Below, one piece after another: positions 28,085 through 41,490 of a stretch of 64,000 nt of DNA. The notes beneath the pieces were generated by a model. It searched no databases. It was given only the letters and a program-made list of their open reading frames with translations, and was not told the DNA's origin. Origin of the DNA: Vicugna vicugna (lineage: Eukaryota); the NCBI GenBank assembly GCA_013265495.1, contig MU058791.1, positions 436,001-500,000 on the forward strand, written 5' to 3'. The translations under genes and the position numbers were made by a program. How positions within the stretch are numbered: position 1 is the first letter of the stretch; each line of letters begins with the position of its first letter.

Positions 28085-28330
28085 TTTAATGATTGCTCTG
28101 TGACAGGCACTCTCACGTGTGTTTCATTTCTCTCCATCCATCCGTGTGCGTGTGTTCTATAATCTAGATTATTTTATAACATGTTATATATGTTGTACTA
28201 TCTCTCTATGAGGTGGGCCTGTTACCTTCATTTCACAAAAGAAACTGAGACCCGAAAAGGATATATCATTTCCCCAAAGTCACTCAACCATTAATTGCTG
28301 GAGCCAGGATTTGAATCTGTGTCTTTGTTT
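28085..28330 (-). mobile_element. MIR SINE
   Basis: Core catttcacaaaagaaactgagac..cccaaagtcac..ggagccaggatttgaatc. Confidence 0.75.
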
Positions 28331-30349
28331 CTCTGAATCCCAGGCTGAGGAAGCCACACCACGAAACCCCTCCGAGAGCAGTGAGCCCCCAGAGCATAGC
28401 CGCGCACCTTTCCTTGAAAAGTCACCTCTCTGTTCGCCTTCAGAGCCTTCATCCAATTAGACTAAAAGGGCAAATTCCGGGTGGCCGTCTCCTGATGATT
28501 ATTTGATTGTCAGAGTGGACTGTGGCACTCGGATGCTTTTTGTGTAAAATATTTGAAATATTTGGGAGCACTTAAGAAGCGCATTTCAGGTGCTTAGAAA
28601 TTTCACTCATGGATGTTACTCGGTTTCCCAGTTACCCTGGGTCAGTGCAGCAGGCCTGAACTTCGGCCCAGCCCTGTTCCACACAAGCTATTCTGTCCTC
28701 GACGTCCCCTTGCAGCTCTGTGTGGGAGCAGGGCGCTGAACGGTGGCTGCAGGACGTGATCATCTTGGGGTTCGGTTCAGTGTAGACCCGGCTGCATTCT
28801 TTTCCCAACATGCTGTGATGGTCCCAGGAATCCTCCTGCCGTCTGTCTCTTTGGAAGGCAGGCTGGGGTAGAACCTTAGGTGTTGATTTTCTAAGGACTC
28901 TGAGCTGTTCTTTATTCCATTGACAGGTCTTATAACCCTGTCTCTGGTTCTGTTTCCAAACATATACTATAAAAAAAAAACACGGCACCCTGACTTCAGA
29001 GGGCAGGTTTAGGAAGAGCACACATGTGGCATCTCCCCATCTTTGAACTGACATACCTACTGTCGGGCCTAAAGGTTGACCTGACTTGGCTCTGGAGTTG
29101 GATGAATTAATTAAGATTCTGTTCTGCCCTGACGGTGTGAGCAAGTTGCTGCTAATCTCTCGTGCATTTCCTCGTCCAGAAAGGGGGGACTGAAATACTT
29201 GCTTTCTGCATTAAATGAGGGAATACGTGGAAGCTGTGTGGCCTGGCCTGGCATGCAGTGACCGCTCCGCAGGTGCTGGATGGCGCTCACAGCTGTAACA
29301 GGACACATGCAACCCAGTTAGTTTCTCTTCTGTAGGAAAATCAACATTCCCCTTGTCCTTTTTCTGTACCCGGCTGGACTCTGAACAGAGGCTGTCTTCC
29401 TCACTGCTGGGTGGGCAGCATTTGATAAACCTTAGTGCTCCGTTAATGTCTGTAGAACTGGACTGAACTGGCTTTGGTTTTCTAGGCCAGAGCGTTGAGC
29501 TGAGAGATGCCCAGGTCTGCCACTGGCTGTGGCCCCAAGGCCACCTCTTCATCTCTTTGGGACCCACCTTGTCGGTCTCCTGTATAAGGGGTAGGACAGA
29601 TGATGACTTCTGGACCCCAAAATAAAACTCTGGGATTCTGTGTGAATCCCCGTGCCACACAAAGCCCTTCTTTAGTGCCTGGCTTGAGGATTCAGGCTGG
29701 GAACAGGGGGTGTGATTGCTGGGTTGTGTGGTCACGTGAGCACTGACTGGTTGGAGGGAATCCAGAGCAGGGGGAGCTGCATCCCTGGAGGAAACCATCA
29801 GCCACAGAGCAAACATGAGCCCCGAGAGGATGTGCTGAAGATGTGCTGTGCTCACCCCCGTCCGCCTTAATGGCTGTCACTTACCATGGATGCTGTTGGC
29901 CCTTAGGAGACTTCGCTGCAAAAGTAGCTGACAAATTTTAACACTTCGGGATGTTTAGCTGAATTACTTTTTCCAGAGTAAACACCATTTCAGGGCGTTC
30001 AACCCTGCACCTTAAGTCAACTTCAGCATGTGCTGCAGTGCACGCACACACATACAAGCATGTTTCACGGGAGGATTTACCGTTTATTAAAGAGCAGTCA
30101 ACCAACACAGAGTGATTGAATACTGTTGAGTGCCAATGGGAGATACAAAAGAAATACAATGTGTGACATAGTCTTTCTCCTCAAGGAATTCATAATCAAG
30201 GCGGAAGATAAACAGAATAACCGTGAAATAATAGTCTTCAATTTCTTGAGAGGGCCCAAGAAAGAGAGAGGATTACAGTGGAGTGTGAAGAGTAGAAACT
30301 ATTCAGAGAGGGGTTGAGTGGGGTGGGGGCCGCCATCTTTGACACACTG

Positions 30350-30710
30350 AAGCATTTATGGACTCATTCATCCGGCAGACTTTTGCTGAGCACGTGGGCT
30401 GGGTACTGGGATTGCAAAACTCAATGAGCCACGGCCTCCTCCCTCAGAGGGGAGCTCAGAGTCTAACAGGAGGTGACGTGGGCTGGGCCATAGACATCCA
30501 CCAGCATGGGCGCCGTGATGGCCGTGCCTGGGAAGCTGGGGGAGCACGCGGTGGGGGTGCCTGCCCTGGCTGGGTGGGGTCAGGAAAGACATCACGGAGC
30601 CAGGGGCCACACACACGAGCTTTGGGAGTAAGGAGGAGCCAGTCCAGTTGTCCTCGAGGAGAAGAGCACTTCAGGCACAGGGATCAGTACATGGAAAGGA
30701 AGGCTTGATT
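30350..30710 (-). mobile_element. L2 fragment
   Basis: cattcatccggcagacttttgctgagcac..ggagctcagagtcta; degenerate. Confidence 0.55.
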
Positions 30711-31648
30711 GAGGTTGAGATGCTGTGACTTCCTGGGACCAGCTAGCTCCCCACCCATTACTTTTGCTGCTTAGCTTTCCTGTTTATTTGCAAATTTCAT
30801 GTTGAGTGTCTGTTCCCCTCTTCCCCCAAATAGAATATGAAGAGTAGGACCCTGATGATTCATTCAATGCTGTATCCCCAGGCCTGGGACACAGCCAATA
30901 CCCGATCAGCATTTAGGGACAGCCAGAGGACTGCCTCATGGCAGTTCTTCATCCTCTGTCCTCAGTGCGGAACCTGAGGGGCCTGCGCTCAGGGAAGCCA
31001 GATGTGGCTCAGGAGAGCCGGGCAGCTGCAGCTCCTCCTGAGTCACAAGGCGAGAAGGGGCAACCAGCTGGTACTCGATGGAAACCTCAGAGGGAAAAAT
31101 CAAGCATATTCCCCTGAAAGCGGGGATCCTCTTTGTTCATGCCGGGGGCTTGCGAGCACGCGCAAAGAAACAAACCAGCTGTTCCTATGCAGCTGGTCCG
31201 TCCAGGCTAAACTTCCAGGTAATTTGAATTCTGGTTCCCCATACACACACATACGTGCATGCTTGTAGATGCCAAGAAAGTTTCTGAAAAGCATTCCCAG
31301 GAAAGTGTTAACAGGAGTGGGAATGAGGGTCGGGGAGGAAACATTCCCTTTACTCTTCTGTACTTGATCTCTTTAACTCTGAACCTAAAGTACCTTTATA
31401 ATTTTGTAAAGAACAAAAATAAAGATACTTGGGCCTGCCCTTAAAGATTCAGGTGCACTGGGTTTGGGGAAGATACAGGGCATCTTCAGTTTTGACCAGA
31501 GTCCCAGGTGGCTCTGATGAGCACCAGCCCAGAATTACAGATGCAGATGGCACAGGTCACACCTCTTCCCAGGAGCCTTCCCTGATCACTCCAGTCAGGA
31601 TTCTCACCCTCTTCTGAGTTCCTGTAGCAGTTGCCAAGGAGAAAATCG

Positions 31649-31700
31649 CACACATGTGCACACACGTGCGTGCACACACACACAGACACACACACACACT
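31649..31700. repeat. Alternating purine/pyrimidine (CA/TG/CG) tract
   Basis: cacacatgtgcacacacgtgcgtgcacacacacacagacacacacacacac. Confidence 0.85.
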
Positions 31701-31814
31701 GCCTTGGGCATCTGGGCTATGGGATCTGGCCCACAGGTCTCGTAGCTCTTGTAGCCAGCAGCACCAAACATAGTGCTGAATGTCCCCTCCTCTCCTTAAA
31801 AACTGTCCTCTCCA

Positions 31815-32532
31815 CTGTGGAGAAAAGGGAACCCTCCTACACTGCTGGTGGGAATGCAGTTTGGTGCAGCCACTGTGGAAAACAGTGTGGAGATTCCTCA
31901 AAAGACTAGGAATAGACTTACCATATGACCCAGGAATCCCACTCCTGGGAATATATCCAGAAGGAACCCTACTTCAAAATGACACCTGCACCCCAATGTT
32001 CATAGCAGCACTATTTACAATAACCAAGACATGGAAACAGCCTAAATGTCCATCAACAGATGACTGGAGAAAGAAGCTGTGGTACATTTATACAATGAAA
32101 AAACTGACAACGCCATTTGCAGCAACATGGATGCTCCTGGAGAATGTCATTCTAAGTGAAGTAAGCCAGAAAGAGAAAGAAAAATACCATATGAGATCAC
32201 GCATATGTGGAATTAAAAAAAAAAACCAAAAACACAAAGCATAAATATAAAAGAGAAATAGACTCATAGACATAGAAGACAAACTTGTGGTTGCCAAGGG
32301 GGCAGGGGTTGGGAAGGGATAGACTGGGATTTCAAAATGTAGAACAGATAAACAAGATTATACTGTATAGCACAGGGAAATATATACAAGATCTTATGGT
32401 AGCTCACAGAGAAAAAAATGTGACAATGAATATATATATGTTCATGTATAACTGCAAAATTGTGCTCTACACTGGAATTTGACACAACATTGTGAAATTA
32501 TTATAAATCAATAAAAAATGTTTAAAAAAAAA
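31815..32532 (+). mobile_element. Young 5'-truncated L1: ORF2 C-terminus plus 3'UTR and poly(A)
   Basis: ORF 31780..32244 reads [37 protein letters not shown] (L1 ORF2p C-terminal region); aataaa and A tail at ~32510-32532. Confidence 0.95.
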
Positions 32533-33089
32533 GAATCACAAGCTGGTTAAATAAAAGGAAATTCTCACTTAGCTTTGTTACAGTGAAGCAGTAGAACATC
32601 AAAGACAAAGATCTTAAAATTATCTAGAGAGGGAAGAGAGATTTACCTTCAGTGGTGTCACACCCAGAAGGCATTGGAATGTAAATACAAGGAAAAAACA
32701 ATCTAGAATTCTACACCCAGGGGAAAAGGTAAGGGGAAATTCAGGCACTTCAAACAGGCAATTGGGAAGTCTTCACTAAAGGAAATTTTGAAAAATGTAC
32801 CCTAGGGTAGGAGGAAGGTGATTCTCAGATGAAAGTACTGAATGTACGAAGGCTTGAAAAGAATGTGAAGTAATAAATACTTTAGTAGATCTAAACAAGT
32901 CATTTGTATAAGACAAAACAAAATTGTCCTCTCCAGACCTCCATCCTTGGCCCTTGACTCAGAGTCACAAACGTAGGCTGTGGAGGGCCAGGCAGCAGAT
33001 GATGTAAATGGGTGACCTGCTGGGTATAAGGCACTAGGGAGTAGTGCGGTGGACTGGCGAGCTCAGCGCCCATCTGCGGGCATTTAGAG

Positions 33090-33345
33090 TCACATTTCAC
33101 ATACCAGAAGTCTCTAAAATAGTCAGATTCTTAGAACCAAAGAGTAAAGTGGTGGTTGCCCAGGGCTGCAGAGAGAGGGAAGTAGGGAGTTACAGCAGGT
33201 GTAAAGTTTCAGTTATGTAGGATAGGTAAGCTCTTGAGATCTGCTTGACCACGTTGTGTACATAAGCAACAATACTGTAGTCACACTTAAAGTTTGTTAA
33301 GAAGTTAGATCTCATGTTAAGTTTTCTTAGCACAATGACACCTTT
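33090..33345 (+). mobile_element. Old L1M 3'UTR fragment
   Basis: gtggtggttgcccagggctg..aaagtttcagttatg..agatctcatgttaag. Confidence 0.75.
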
Positions 33346-33402
33346 TTTTAAAGTCATTCACTGCTTCATGTTCAAACACAGCTGGTACTTTCTCAACCAC
33401 CA

Positions 33403-34242
33403 TTTTTTAAAAAAATAAAAGCCCTGTGTATTTAAGAGGCACAGTATGATGCTTTGATCTACATCTACACAGTGAAATGATGACTGTGCTCAAGCTAATT
33501 TACATGTATTCTCCTTACATGGTTACTATTTTTTATGACGAGAATACCTGAAATCTACTTTCTTAGCAAATTTCCAGTATTAAATCCAATATTATTAACC
33601 ATAGTCACTTGTTATGTGTGCATTGGATCTCTTGACTTATTCATATCCTTCGTAACGACACCTTGTTGCACTTTGACCAGCACCTCCCCAGTTCCCTGGC
33701 CTCCCCACCCCTGGTAACCACAGCTCTGCTCTCTGTTTCTATGTATTTGACCTTTTTTAGAGTCCACATATAACTGAGATCAGGTATTTTTTTCCTTTCT
33801 GTGTCTGGCTGATTTTACTTCATAATCTCCTCCAGGTTCATCCATGTTGTTGCAAATAGCAGGGTTTCCTTTTTAAGGCTGAGTAATATTTCATTGTATA
33901 AATACAGCATAATTCCTTTGTGCAAGTATCAGTCAACGGACACACATTGTTTTCACATCTTGGCCATTGTGAATAATGCCGCAGTGAACCCAGGAGCATG
34001 TGTATCTCTTCAAGGTCCTGATTTCATTTCCTTTGGAACTGTGTCCCACAGAGGCATTCCTGGATCATGTGGCAGTTCCATTTTTAATTTTGGGAGGAAC
34101 CTCCATACTGTTTCCATTGTGGCTGCACCATGTTGCGTTCCCACCAACATAAAAGCGTTCCATCTTCTCCACATCTAAACTCTTGTGAACTTTTGTTTTT
34201 TGATAATAGCTCTCCTAACAGATGTGAGGTGACATCTCATTG
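33403..34242 (-). mobile_element. Old L1MA-like 3' fragment
   Basis: aaatctactttcttagcaaatttcc; ccaggttcatccatgttgttgcaaat; aggaacctccatactgttttcc. Confidence 0.8.
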
Positions 34243-37200
34243 CCTACCACTACTTCTGATACCAGCTCCCTCCTGTCCGCTCTGGGTCTCCCTCTGGTAC
34301 CAAAAGCTATGAGGTAAAATAGAACCTCAAACCTGTAATTCACGGGTCAAAGAAATATACAAGAACGTAGAAGGTTGAGGTGAATTATAGCAATAAGGTT
34401 AACATAAAAGGGGGAAGAGGTAACAACTAATCTTTACTTGGAAATCTTTTCAGTGGGCACCCATTTTTGTAGGGACGCAAATACACGACCAGAGGCAAAC
34501 AAGGAGGGAGACTGTCACTTCCTGGAGCATAATGACCACGGCACAGTCCCAGGGCTTCTCAGCAGGAGCTCTGATGGATGACAGCATTTCAGTTTCCAGG
34601 AAAAAGCAGGCACTGCTGACTCAGGCACGGTTGGCCATTGCCAATTTTCACATTTGTTTATGTTAAAAGCCCTCTTCGTGGAAAACCTTGTCCTCTATGA
34701 AACTTGTCCACAAGACCAAAGTGGCATTTCAGGGAGCCCACTGCATTCTCTGTACAGAGACAGGCCAGGTTGCTCCCAGCACCCGACCTTGCGCACTGGG
34801 TTATCTGGAATGTCTGTCAAATGTACACAGAACATTGCTTTTTTTTTTCACCACCTCCTGGGAGGGGTGATGAGCAGGAGGGAGGAGTCATGGCAGGTGG
34901 GGGCTGGAGGGCTCCCTGGGCTGGGGCATCCTGGATGCTTAGCTCTGTTTCAGAGCCCAGCCGGGGGTGCTCAGCAGTCAATGAAGAAGCCTCTTCTTCA
35001 AGAGCATATACATTGATCCAGACACTTACCCAGCATCCAGCATGGTTAAACCCTGGGCTGGGCACTGAAAATCCAAAGACGAAAATAAGACATAAGACAT
35101 GGTCCTGCCTGAAGGAGCTTGTGGACAGGTCAGGGCAGCCTGCGGTGTAGGGAGTGTCACTGCACAGCTCTGTCCACTGCCGTGGGGGCAGAGCAGGACC
35201 CCCACCCTGCCTGGCAGGAGGGGCTGCATCTTCCTAGTAACACCACAGCCGGTCTCCAAGGGTCTGCCAGAGTTGATCGCAGGGGCCAGGGGAGGGTAGC
35301 CCAGGTAAAGTGAATACGTTTACCTTGGTCCAGAAGCAAAACTTGGTTTCATTGTGCAGTGAACCAACCCTAAGCATCTTAGCAACTAGACCCAGAGTGT
35401 GGGAAACGGGGTTGGGGAAGTAGGGTCCAATCACCGGGTTCTACTTGCAGATAAAGGGGCCGGTGGGCAAACAAAATGGCCCGCAGAGAGAATTCAAAGC
35501 TGAGACTGAAACATGCGGCTCAGTTCTCGAGCCACCTTCTCTTTAGTGAACAAGTGGAACAGGTAAGAACACAGACCTGGAATCAGACAGATAAGGCTCG
35601 CATCCTGACTTGGCTGCTTGTTAGTTTCTTTAACTTTAGAATGAGAGCTGGACAAGGGACTGTGTACAAGGGTGGGGTGTGAGGGAACCACAAGGGATGG
35701 CACTGCGACCCCGAGGTTTATAGCAGCTGAAATGTAAACACCCTTGGATCCTCGGTGATCAGGGGAGGGAGGAAGCAGTTACCTCACCAAAGGGAGAGCC
35801 TGACGGAGTCTCCCCACTCCAGAGGGGCAGTGGCCCTTGGTCACGGGTGTAACCAGCCTGAGCCTGGGTGGAGGGGCCAGGGCTCCACTTAGCCTGTCCC
35901 TGGTTTCCTCCTCCCTCCACTGTCTCCCTATCGACCGACCCCCTCCCGGGTGTCAGAGAGTTCAACCCTCTTTCAACCCTCCGCACAGGTCAGCCTCCCA
36001 GGGAAGGCATAGTGGAGAGTGGCCCTAAAGAGCGAAGGGAAGTTGTCGGGGACACCCACCTCCTGGGGGAGTGAGGTTTAAGGGGGATAATACAGCAAAG
36101 CTCTTGGTGGAGATTTTGACCCAATACTAAGCACTCAGTCAAGGCCGTACTAGAGTCTAGCCATGCGTTTGTGGAAGTTGTGCCGAGGTAGATAAGATGG
36201 CAGACTAAGTAGCACAGGAAAGGTAGGAGGTATAAAGCGATCTCCCTGGACGACTGTCCTGAGGCTGGGAATGGAGGTGATGGACCAGCCCGTGAAGGCC
36301 AGGTGCCCGTATTGGGCAGTCATTGGGTTGGCAGATGTAGATGTTATTTTGAACCAGGGCTTTTCGGCCTAGAACAATTGGGAGTGGCTTTATCATCTTT
36401 GAGAACCCATGGTGAGATGATTTGTAGATTATTTAAATGGTCTGACGTGCCAAATGTGAAGACAGAGATGATACCGCAAATGGACAGGTCCAGGACCATG
36501 TGGGGGAGTCAGCGTTCTGTATATGGCGACAGAAATAGCTCAAAGTTATTTCTCCCATTTGAACCCACCAGACAAGCCTACTCCTGAAATATCCCAGCCA
36601 GGGAGCTCTGGGAAATTTCGAGGTCTGAGGAAGATTTTACAACTTCTCCTTGCCCTTCTGTTCTGTTTCGATCCTTATTTCAAAATCTTCTTGCTTAATT
36701 TTAGCTTAGTCCCCAAGCTCCATCCATTTCCTTTCCTTCTTTCCTCAGTGTAGCCAAGTAAACAATATTCTATACAATCCCCCCACCAAAAGAGCTGAAG
36801 CCAGAAGAAATCAGGATTACTTGAAGAAAATTGGCACAAGAGGAATAAATCTGTCTTGGGATTATCTTTAAGACTTTTTTTTCCCTGAAAAGAAAGCCAG
36901 ACTGTAAAGTAAAACACAGTCTGTTGTTAATAAACAAAAACCTCACGTGTCTAAAATTTCATTATTTTCCGAGATGAGCTAACATTTCACTCTGTCTCCT
37001 TTTCTTAATATGCACACTTTGTTTAGCCCAAATCCTCATTATGGGAAACACTTCCATATCCATCACTTAGCCCCAGGGTTTCCTGGGCAGTGAAATATGT
37101 GCTTCGTGGTTTCAGAAGCCCTGGCTCTTCTTATTCATTTCACCAAGAGCAGCAGATCTTTTAAAAAATGAAAATTTCCAGGCACTTAGCCCCTAAATCA

Positions 37201-38639
37201 ACCTTGAGGGGATAGATGATTTTGAATCTTACCAGCCCACAGAATGTCCCACAGCCTTTAAAAAGTCATCAGCCTCTCCCCTGTGCAGCGTGGCCAGCGA
37301 TCCCATGTGTGGCAGGAGGGGCTGAAAAATTGTCCTAAAGCTGTGTGTTTCGAACCTCTAGTAAATTTCTTACTTGCCGACAGCCGAAATCCCTCGAAGG
37401 CCTGGATTCTATTGATTCCTGTTCGATCGTTCCCATTAAATCGGTCTCTAGGCTGTAGCTGTGCTTTGAACAAAGTTTGGCTGTGTGGGAGGAGTCACCC
37501 ACGGCTCCTCTGAGGACAGAACTCTGGCACTGTGGCTGCCACCCCCTGGGTTGTCACCAGCCCAGAACCAGGATCTACGCCATCCAGCTTTGCACCTGGC
37601 CTTGCGGAATCCAGCCTTGCCTTCTGCTCTGTCTGTCCCTCATGGCATCAGCCTAAACCCCATGCCCTCCCGATGTCCAGGCCCAGCCGGGGCCTGCCCC
37701 ACGTGGGCCTCCAGCCTGCACTAGGTGTTTCCCCAGACAAGCTGGGAGAAGGAGGCATAGGGCCACAGCATCTTAGAGCCAGGAAAAATGCTAGGAACTT
37801 TCTAGTCTGGCCACTCCATGTTCAGATGAGGACATTTTGGTCCAGAAAATGCCTCACTGGCCTATTAATGGTAGAGGTCACGTCAGAGCTGGTGGCAGAA
37901 CTGGGAGTGAGAACCCACAATTTCATGGAACAAATTGTATTTGGGGTCTTTAATAAAAATTTCTACTCCTGTTATGTTTGTCAGATGAACCCCTAGAACT
38001 AAAAGGTCTGTTCACCGACATCCTAATCAGATCTTTAAAAAGTCAACTTTGAAAGGGCTCAGTGGGAAAAGGGTGATCGTGTTATCGTTTATGCCGCCTT
38101 CTGCTTCTTGCATATTAATGGGTGAAACTATAACCTTCCCAGTCCCCGATCTGGGCCGGGTCGGGGGATGCTTTGTGGTTTGGAGCCACTTGTGGCGACT
38201 TGGTTCCTCAAGCTGATAAAATTTCCTTTTCTTCCTCTGATGATTTATTAAATAAAGTGAATCTGGAAAGGTCCTGAAATGCATATTAAACGTGTGTTTT
38301 GTTTATTTCATTAACCCATCATCTCTGAGGGCTACTCTCACGAGCAGCAAGATCAGTTACATTTATGCGCAGAAGGCTGCCTGGTAGGTGTTCCGGGCGT
38401 CCAGCGGCCGGGATTAAGGTGCACAGAGTTAAGACGAACTGAGTGCATGTGTTTGCCTCGGCTGCCACCTGCGTTTAACCCTTTTTGCTCCCTGTGAAGT
38501 CACAGGCTGACTTAGGTGCCACCTGGACACGTAGGAGGTGTGATTTCTTGGTGGAGACGGTGTCTGCAGCGCACACGGTGCAGCCTTTGCCAGCTCGGGT
38601 GAAAGCTCTTCCTCTGGGCTGGATGTCAGACCAGCCTGA

Positions 38640-38936
<297 letters not shown>

Positions 38937-38939
38937 TGA

Positions 38940-39060
38940 AACATCTCCAGCCTCAGTTTCCTCACTGACCAGATGGGGATGATAGTAATACATCCCCTGG
39001 TGAATGATGTAAGAGTCAAAGGAAATAATAAATGAGCTTCAGACAGCACATTATTGGCGT
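38940..39060 (+). mobile_element. MIR fragment
   Basis: cctcagtttcctcact..atggggatgatagtaata. Confidence 0.65.
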
Positions 39061-39899
39061 TCTTGCCTCCTAACTGGGAACACCCTGCTTTCTTCCTCAA
39101 TCTTCCAAAGCCTGGGAGCAGAGTACAGTTCTCCAAGGCTAACAGGAAAGAGCTGCTGGGGGAATAGCTTCCTTCTGAGCTTGGAAGGGCACTGCCGTCC
39201 CCAGGAGTCCAGTCCTGTGGCCAGTGGGATGCCAGGCCCCAGAGGTGACAGCTCCCCCACCTGGCACACAGGGTCATCCTCCTATTCTGGAACCCAGTCC
39301 CCCACATTCCCAGCATCCTGCTTCTGGGTCATCCCTGGTCCTGGGCCTCCAGGCACACTCTGCCTCCCCACCAGGGCACCTCTCTGGCATCACAGTTTCC
39401 TGCTCACTGTCTGTAACCATTGGCACGGGCTGCAGGTTGGGCCTCTGGAAGGTGACATGTCCACAGAGCTAGTCAGGGCCCCAGTGGCCCAGTGGGTGCT
39501 CAGGTGATTTTGTTGAATTAGTGACATCTACACATGGAGAGAAGTCAACAAAACAGCTCCCTATGGCAGCACAGAGCTGAGCGACAGGCACCTGGGGACA
39601 AAGATATCTCATCTTTCCCCTGAACCGAAGATGCCGCTAGCTGCCGGCAGGAAAGGACTTGGAGCTGGGAAGGTGGGGTCCCAGCGCTGGCTCGGCTGCC
39701 TCCTCGTTTGCTGGATCAACACACAGCATCCCCAGCCTTGGTTTCCCTTTCCTGCAAATGCTGGTACCACCTCGCCTTTTTGTCCCAGGTCCCTGGTCTT
39801 GTGTTTTTTATGGTACCCTCGATACCTCTACTGGTATCATCTTGTCATCTCTCAAGTCACACATGCTGATTTCTCCCCTTGTGCGTTTTTTTTGAACAG

Positions 39900-39978
39900 C
39901 AAAGGACTTCATTCGGAATCTGATGGAGAAAGATCCAAATAAAAGATACACATGCGAGCAGGCAGCTCGGCACCCATG
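39900..39978 (+). CDS. CAMK1D: CAMK1D coding exon (exon 8 equivalent): (A)KDFIRNLMEKDPNKRYTCEQAARHP(W)
   Basis: tttgaacag|CA acceptor and TG|gtaaga donor; 79 nt; subdomain XI. Confidence 0.97.
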
Positions 39979-40839
39979 GTAAGAACCCTGTCCATCCCCG
40001 GAAAGACCCTGTCGGCTGACGCCGTCCCAGAGTAAACTTTCAGTTGGCTGATCATCACTGTGAACCCCTCGGGTGAAGCTTGCACCCCATCTGGCCACTG
40101 GCTCTCATCCTTCCCCAAGCCAGCACTTGGGGACACGGTCTTCTGAATGCAGAAATGACAACTGTGCAAAAAAATAGCTGTAGGTTTTTCACTTTATGGG
40201 AAATATTTTAGGATCATCTTTATTGAAGGTAATTCCCCAAGGAGGTGTTAAGGTTGGAGTTTTATTCCTTGAGCTATTGCTCGGTAGTAAGCGAATTGAC
40301 GTTGTATGTTCTTTTTCTTTTAAGATGCTTTTCAGTTAGTGTTTCTTCACCTCCAGAGGGGTTCATGGATAGTTTACGGCCTCCTGGACTATGTCTGCAG
40401 CAGGGCCCTGAGGCCGCCTGGTTTTCATGTCACTGACTAGGTGCGAACCTGGTGACCTTAGGTTTATGCTTTTCTGAACCTGAATTCTTCTCATCTTTAA
40501 AATGGAAATAACGATGCCTGGTGTGCAGGGTCGACGTGAGCAGTAACTGAGATCACGCACACACAGAAAGGGCTGAGCACATCTGGCATGGGGTTAATGT
40601 GTTAAGCTGTCTTATTAAAGCACCGTGAGCCTCCAGCCTGAAACAAAGGCCAGGAGTAGCGAAGCACAGTGCACAGAGCCGTGTCAGGAGCGGTCCCCCG
40701 GACAAGCCCCCTAGAAAACTGTCCCACCCACCATCTCCTGCAGCATTTTTTCCAGATTCTCACATGCTGGTTAACCTTTCCAGAGGGGGAGCTGCCTACA
40801 GTCCCTTTGTGACCCAGCTTCACAGTGTTTTAATTTATC

Positions 40840-41050
40840 ATAACAGCCGTCATGTTTTGAATATCTGTGATGTTCCACCATGCACTGTGCTGATCATATT
40901 AAAATACTCACTTTTCCCTTTATGATAGCCCTGTAAGGGAGGTTTTGTCTCCATTTTAGAGATGAGGAGGTAGATTTAGAAAGATAAAGTGGCTTAGTGA
41001 ACAGGACACAGACAGCTAACGTCGTTTCCAGGCAGAACTGTCAGAGTCCA
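40840..41050 (-). mobile_element. MIR SINE
   Basis: gccctgtaaggga..ccattttagagatgagga. Confidence 0.65.
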
Positions 41051-41249
41051 GAATGCTGCACTTCCCTGACAGGAGGAGAGATGGGGGAGGAAGGAATTTG
41101 CTAAAGAGGCAGTTTTGATTGTCTATCATCTTGATTTTTTTTAATAAGTCACTTTGGACAGTAGGTCAAAGTACATGATGCTGAAGATATCGAAGGTTTT
41201 TCTTATTTTGTAAACAGTAGGCTTTTACAGCTGGATGAAACTTTTTTCT

Positions 41250-41490
41250 TTGTGTTAGAGATAGACGTTTAAGGTGTAGCGCATAAAAATTTGACTTCTG
41301 CGTGTATTGCAAAGTGACTAGTATAATAGGTTTACTTGACATCCACCACCTTATATAGTTAGAAAATTTCTTTTCCCTTGTGATGACAACTTTGAGCATT
41401 TTCTAACAGCTTTCGAATATACCATAAAGCAGTGTTCCCCGTAATCATCACGTTGTACATGACACCCCCAGTGTTTTCTATCTTGTATGT
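41250..41490 (-). mobile_element. L1MA-like 3' fragment
   Basis: tttaaggtgtagcgcat..gtattgcaaagtgac..acatccaccacctta. Confidence 0.6.

Noticed and set aside
29211..29855. 214-aa minus-strand ORF in intron 6
   Set aside because: No recognisable homology, non-ATG start, and no splice or promoter support.
31780..32244. 154-aa ORF with real protein similarity
   Set aside because: It is the C-terminal remnant of L1 ORF2p in a 5'-truncated copy with a small internal deletion near 32098, not a host gene.
38143..38168. Small GC-rich hairpin tccccgatc...ggtcggggga
   Set aside because: Stem too short for a pre-miRNA and no snoRNA boxes recognised.
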